Source: an uncultured Cytophagia bacterium (GTDB lineage Bacteria; Zhuqueibacterota; Zhuqueibacteria; Oceanimicrobiales; Oceanimicrobiaceae). Taken from it: a DNA stretch of 64,000 nt. A model generated the notes under the pieces. That model was not told where the DNA came from and did no database searches. It saw only the letters and a program-made list of their open reading frames with translations. Positions 59,859 to 64,000 of this stretch are shown here, one piece after another (the first letter of the stretch is position 1; the number at the start of each line of letters is the position of its first letter). The translations under genes were made by a program, and so were the position numbers. The stretch is taken from positions 100,014-164,013 of the forward strand of contig CAZIKB010000001.1 of NCBI GenBank assembly GCA_964539665.1, given 5' to 3'.

Positions 59859-61286
59859 ATGGAAATTGTTCTCTCATTTAGTATGCTTTGTATTGTACTG
59901 GTTTTCGGCAAAGCGCTGCGGGTTAAGATCAAGTTATTCCAAAAGCTGTACTTACCTGCTTCGGTGATTGGCGGGCTTGCTGGACTTATTATCATCCAAA
60001 CCCTGCACTTTATGAAGCCGGAGGTTGCGACGGGCAGCTGGAGCGATTACTCGATTACAGCATCGGATTTTATTTCAAATCATGCGACTATAGGCTGGAA
60101 TAGACTCCCGGGATTCCTAATCAATATTGTATTCGCGGCTTTGTTCCTGGGGGTTTTCATCCCGCCAATCAAGAAGATCTGGGGAATTGCGGGGCCTCAG
60201 TTGGCTTATGGACAAATTGTCGCCTGGGGACAATACACTGTGGGCGTAGGGGCGGCCATTGTCCTACTCACACCGCTGTTCGGTGTGCCGGCCGCTATTG
60301 GTACCATCATTCCAGTGGGATTCGAGGGTGGGCATGGCACCGCCGCGGGGATGGCGGGTGTTTTCGACCGATATAACTGGACCGAAGGCAAAGACCTTGC
60401 GTTGACTTCTGCCACATGTGGAGTCATGTTCGCGATCATTGTGGGCATGGCTTTGGTGAACTGGGCGGCTCGTCGCGGCTACACACAGCGATTGAAGCGC
60501 ATTGAAGATATGCCCGACAGCAGCATTATTGGCATTTATGAGATTGACGAACGGCCAATTGCTGGAAAACAGACTGTTGCTGCGGCATCAGTAGATAGCC
60601 TGGGTTTTCATCTTGCCGTGATTGGCATTGGTGTCTTTATCGGCTACCTCATTAAACTGGGGCTGATACAGCTGGAAGTTATATTGAGTCCGACGGCAGA
60701 AGGGAGCAAACCTTTTTTCGACAGTTTTCCGTTGTTTCCGCTGTGTATGATCGGCGGATTGATAGTACAACTTTTCTTTGCAAACCTGACGAAAAATAAT
60801 CCCATTGACCATCAACTAATGCAGCGTCTCTCCGGGACTGCCATGGACTTCCTGGTCGTTGCTGCAATTTCGACCATTAACTTACAGGTGATCTTGGCAA
60901 GTGTCATACCGCTGGCTATCTTGGTAGCGCTTGGAGTACTTTGGAACGTGTTTTGTGTAATCTGGCTGGCGCGACGTCTGTTGCCAAAAGATTCGTGGTT
61001 CGAACGAGCAATTGCCGAAATGGGTCAATCTATGGGTGTGACTGCTACAGGACTTTTGTTGTTGCGCGTGGTCGATCCGGAGGGTGAGACCGATGCGACT
61101 TCTGCGTTTGGCTACAAGCAGCTCCTTCACGAACCGATTATGGGAGGCGGTTTGTGGACCAGCGCCGCTATCCCGTTAGCGTTGGCTTACAATCCGGGAA
61201 TTGTGTTCGGTATTAGTATCGGCGCGATTGCTATCTGGCTGGTTGCGTGGACCGTGCTGTTTCGTAAGCAAGTAGCAGCCGTGTAA
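59859..61286 (+). CDS. gltS: sodium/glutamate symporter (ESS family, GltS-like)
   Basis: 475 aa, polytopic. The N-terminus FGKALRVKIKLFQKLYLPASVIGGLAGL resembles GltS. It is longer than typical GltS. Confidence 0.75.
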   Translation: MEIVLSFSMLCIVLVFGKALRVKIKLFQKLYLPASVIGGLAGLIIIQTLHFMKPEVATGSWSDYSITASDFISNHATIGWNRLPGFLINIVFAALFLGVFIPPIKKIWGIAGPQLAYGQIVAWGQYTVGVGAAIVLLTPLFGVPAAIGTIIPVGFEGGHGTAAGMAGVFDRYNWTEGKDLALTSATCGVMFAIIVGMALVNWAARRGYTQRLKRIEDMPDSSIIGIYEIDERPIAGKQTVAAASVDSLGFHLAVIGIGVFIGYLIKLGLIQLEVILSPTAEGSKPFFDSFPLFPLCMIGGLIVQLFFANLTKNNPIDHQLMQRLSGTAMDFLVVAAISTINLQVILASVIPLAILVALGVLWNVFCVIWLARRLLPKDSWFERAIAEMGQSMGVTATGLLLLRVVDPEGETDATSAFGYKQLLHEPIMGGGLWTSAAIPLALAYNPGIVFGISIGAIAIWLVAWTVLFRKQVAAV

Positions 61287-61324
61287 AGTTTTGCAGATAT
61301 TAAATAAATCAGGAAGGAAATTTT

Positions 61325-62554
61325 ATGTCAGAAAAGAAAAAAATGAAGCTCTGGATAAAAATTATTATTGGCCTGGTGGCTGGTTTAATAACTGGCATCG
61401 TCTTGGGTCCTCACGCTGAATACATTAAACCACTTGGGACTTTGTTTATCAACTTAATTAAAATGCTGATTGTGCCGCTGATTTTTTCTTCATTAGTGGT
61501 TGGTGTTATTAGTATGAAAGATCCAAAAAAGATGGGCCGGGTTGGACTAAAAACCTTCGTTCTATATCTTGGCACGACCGCAATTGCGATTACTATCGGC
61601 TTAGTTTTGGGGACATTTTTGCAGCCCGGTGTGGGGTTGGAGTTTGAAGCGTTAGAAAAAATGGCTTCCAAAGAAGCGCCATCTTTTGTAGATACACTGG
61701 TTGATTTGGTACCCCAAAATCCTGTCGGGTCCCTCGCATCGGGTAATGTACTGCAAATTATTGTATTTTCAATATTTTTGGGGCTTGCTATTAATTTTGC
61801 AGGCGAAAAGGGAAATCCCGTGGCCAATTTTTTTGAAGCCTTCGCGGAGGTCATGTATAAGCTTACGGGGATCATAATGGAAATGGCGCCGTATGGTGTT
61901 TTTGCTTTGATGGCTTGGGTTGCTGGAAAATTTGGATTGGCGGTTTTGTTGCCGTTGTTGCGGGTCATTCTTGGCGTTTATATCGGCTGCTTAATCCATT
62001 CTATTTTTACTTATGGGGGTTCGATTGCACTTCTGGGCCGGCTTAATCCCATTCAATTTTTTAAAGGTATCGTTGACGCTCAGGCCGTCGCTTTCACAAC
62101 AACAAGTAGTTCGGGAACGCTGCCTGTAACCCTTAGTTGTGCCCAGAAGAACCTTGGGGTCTCGAAAAGTGTTTCCAGCTTTGTTTTACCTTTAGGTGCA
62201 ACCATTAACATGGATGGAACGGCGCTTTACCAGGGTGTTTGCGCATTGTTTGTTGCGCAAGCTTATGGCGTAGACCTGACTTTTGGTAATTACGTTACCA
62301 TTATTTTGACCTCAACGCTTGCTTCCATCGGTTCGGCTGGAGTACCTGGAGCGGGTTTAATCATGCTTTCACTTGTATTAACTTCTGTGGGTTTGCCCTT
62401 AGAGGGTATTGCAATCGTCGCCGGCATTGACAGAGTGCTTGATATGGCAAGAACAGCCGTGAATGTCACCGGTGATGCCATGGTTTCATTGCTGATAGCA
62501 AAGAGCGAAAACGAATTAGATGTCAATGTTTATGCCGCAAACCCTGAAGTTTAA
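61325..62554 (+). CDS. dicarboxylate/amino acid:cation symporter (DAACS family)
   Basis: 409 aa with DAACS motifs TTSSSGTLPVT and NMDGTALYQG. Confidence 0.88.
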   Translation: MSEKKKMKLWIKIIIGLVAGLITGIVLGPHAEYIKPLGTLFINLIKMLIVPLIFSSLVVGVISMKDPKKMGRVGLKTFVLYLGTTAIAITIGLVLGTFLQPGVGLEFEALEKMASKEAPSFVDTLVDLVPQNPVGSLASGNVLQIIVFSIFLGLAINFAGEKGNPVANFFEAFAEVMYKLTGIIMEMAPYGVFALMAWVAGKFGLAVLLPLLRVILGVYIGCLIHSIFTYGGSIALLGRLNPIQFFKGIVDAQAVAFTTTSSSGTLPVTLSCAQKNLGVSKSVSSFVLPLGATINMDGTALYQGVCALFVAQAYGVDLTFGNYVTIILTSTLASIGSAGVPGAGLIMLSLVLTSVGLPLEGIAIVAGIDRVLDMARTAVNVTGDAMVSLLIAKSENELDVNVYAANPEV

Positions 62555-62658
62555 TTGCCCGCTTGTGAAAGGATCATGTGCGCTGGAGAAACGGTCGATG
62601 CTCATAGTATAAAACATCTTTTCATGTGAAAATATCATATCAAGATATTTCAAAATTA

Positions 62659-62697
62659 AAAGGGCTTGCTTATTCATTAAGCAAGCCCTTTCTTTCT
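62659..62697. terminator. bidirectional Rho-independent terminator between convergent genes
   Basis: Perfect 14-bp stem (62659-62672 / 62678-62691, AAAGGGCTTGCTTA...TAAGCAAGCCCTTT) with a 5-nt loop. A T-rich tail follows on the plus strand and an A-rich tract precedes it. Confidence 0.75.
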
Positions 62698-62736
62698 AAA
62701 TGAGCAGTTTGGAGTATAAAAAATTTTGATTTGTCA

Positions 62737-64000
62737 TCATCTGCCGTTTGTTGCTTGCGGCGGTTGTTGTGGTTTTGGAAGAGGTTTTCGAGGCAGTTTC
62801 TCATCACGCATTGCAGTATGGTAAACAAAAGATGCCATGATTATAGAAGCCTGAATCAGATCACTTTGAATAACATTTTCGTAAACATCCATATTAGTAT
62901 GGTGTGTTCGTGTGGAATAACTAAGCGGGTCCTGTATGAACTGAAACCCGGGCAAACCAATCGCATCAAAGGCTAAATGGTCTGTGCCGCCTGTATTTCG
63001 AATAGTTATGGTTGTTGCACCAAGATCCAGAAAAGGTTCTAAATAAGCTTCAAAGATGGGACGAACCGCATCATTGCCCTGTAAATAAATCCCTCTGATT
63101 TTCCCGGAACCGTTGTCAAGATTATAATAAGCCGATAGCTTATTCCATTCAGGTTTACGCACCATAGTTTTTCTGTCTCCAAAGTGGTTTGTAACATAAC
63201 CTCTTGAACCGATAAGACCCTGCTCTTCAGCTCCCCAGAGTGCGACGCGAATTGTGCGACGTGGTTTTACACCAATGGCTTTTAAAATTCGAACCGCCTC
63301 CATGGCGACAACACAACCTGCTGCATCATCTGTTGCACCAGTACCGGCGTGCCATGAATCAAGGTGGCCTCCGAGCATAACCACTTCATCCTTGAGTTTT
63401 TTTTCGGTACCAGGAATCTCAGCTACAACGTTGTAGCCAAGAGTATCCTGTTCAAAGAATTTGTTTTGTACATTTAAATCCAATTTTACAGAAATGCCAT
63501 TATCCAACAGTCGCGCAATTCTTGCGTATTGTTCAGCGGCTATCACAAGCGCGGGTAAGGCAGGTTCGGCGCCGATATTGTAGGAACCGCCGCTGCCAAC
63601 ACGAACAGTCCCTTGGTTTCTTTGGCTTGGCTCCAAAAGAACTGCGGCACCTTCGTCACGGAAAAACTTGTTTACTTTATTTCTCAAAGCACGTCTTTTT
63701 CTGTATTCAGCTCTTCTTGCCCACCAGGACGGCCGAGCGCCGGGTTCCCGGGCTTGTGATAATTCGGTTAAATCCTCATCTGAATACCGTTCGGCGTCAG
63801 GCTCAAAATGCATTTCTGCTTCAAAAGGCTCCTCGGTCATCACAATAGTGCCCTTCAGAGTCCCCTTGTATTTTTCGAAATCTTCTTCAGATTCAATCTT
63901 TACTAGTATTGGTTGTCCCGAAATAGTACCGTTAGTGCCCGGAGTCCAGGCTTTTGGAAAGGCGATGATGTTGACATATTGCGGCTCAAGCATTTCTATG
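62737..64000 (-). CDS. M28 family metallopeptidase (N-terminus beyond window edge)
   Basis: Zinc-ligand segments [32 protein letters not shown] and GGTDH. The reading frame stays open to position 64000, so the gene is truncated by the window. Confidence 0.8.
   Translation of the reverse strand, partial: IEMLEPQYVNIIAFPKAWTPGTNGTISGQPILVKIESEEDFEKYKGTLKGTIVMTEEPFEAEMHFEPDAERYSDEDLTELSQAREPGARPSWWARRAEYRKRRALRNKVNKFFRDEGAAVLLEPSQRNQGTVRVGSGGSYNIGAEPALPALVIAAEQYARIARLLDNGISVKLDLNVQNKFFEQDTLGYNVVAEIPGTEKKLKDEVVMLGGHLDSWHAGTGATDDAAGCVVAMEAVRILKAIGVKPRRTIRVALWGAEEQGLIGSRGYVTNHFGDRKTMVRKPEWNKLSAYYNLDNGSGKIRGIYLQGNDAVRPIFEAYLEPFLDLGATTITIRNTGGTDHLAFDAIGLPGFQFIQDPLSYSTRTHHTNMDVYENVIQSDLIQASIIMASFVYHTAMRDEKLPRKPLPKPQQPPQATNGR

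Noticed and set aside
59804-59881. 25-codon ORF (MVVLQKCFLMTLIIKGIFYGNCSLI) overlapping the gltS start, as a possible leader peptide
   Set aside because: It has no ribosome-binding site or attenuator structure and is AT-rich, so an ORF of this size is expected by chance.
61411-61968. 185-aa minus-strand ORF antisense to the DAACS symporter gene
   Set aside because: It is a shadow ORF of a GC-richer membrane-protein gene. It has no motifs, and the opposite strand carries SSSGTLP and NMDGTA transporter motifs.

Overview
This window is the chromosomal replication-origin region of an AT-rich bacterium. Envelope genes (SurA-like chaperone, YidC with a large periplasmic domain, AnmK, a BamE-like domain) point to a diderm, but the phylum cannot be fixed from sequence alone. 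rpmH-rnpA-yidD-yidC-mnmE-mnmG-rsmG on the minus strand diverges from dnaA-dnaN-recF-DUF721-gyrB-gyrA on the plus strand. Perfect DnaA boxes lie on both sides of dnaA, indicating a split, Bacillus-type oriC. Two exact parS palindromes bracket mnmG. All 35 genes I call left of the origin are on the minus strand and the first 14 to the right are on the plus strand. The rest is dense housekeeping: pckA, an aminotransferase, pta, coaD, rsmD, hrcA-grpE-dnaJ, ftsEX, pdxA, thiL-yjbQ, mfd, two parvulin PPIases, bioY, anmK, thrB, pyrE, pyrF, two glutamate/dicarboxylate symporters and an M28 peptidase truncated at the window edge. I saw no rRNA, tRNA, CRISPR array, transposase or integrase. I found no clear novel defence or mobile system. 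The least-explained parts are (1) a pilin-like/PilM/PilN-like trio next to comEA, (2) a four-gene secreted/membrane cluster (GATase-like secreted protein, TPR protein, 1127-aa DUF4175-like coiled-coil membrane protein, DUF4159), and (3) a small accessory islet at 54.9-56.3 kb. The islet holds a DUF433/DUF5615 toxin-antitoxin pair, an orphan RHS-core remnant and short GC-rich intergenic repeats. All family assignments come from reading motifs in the translations; no database search was run.
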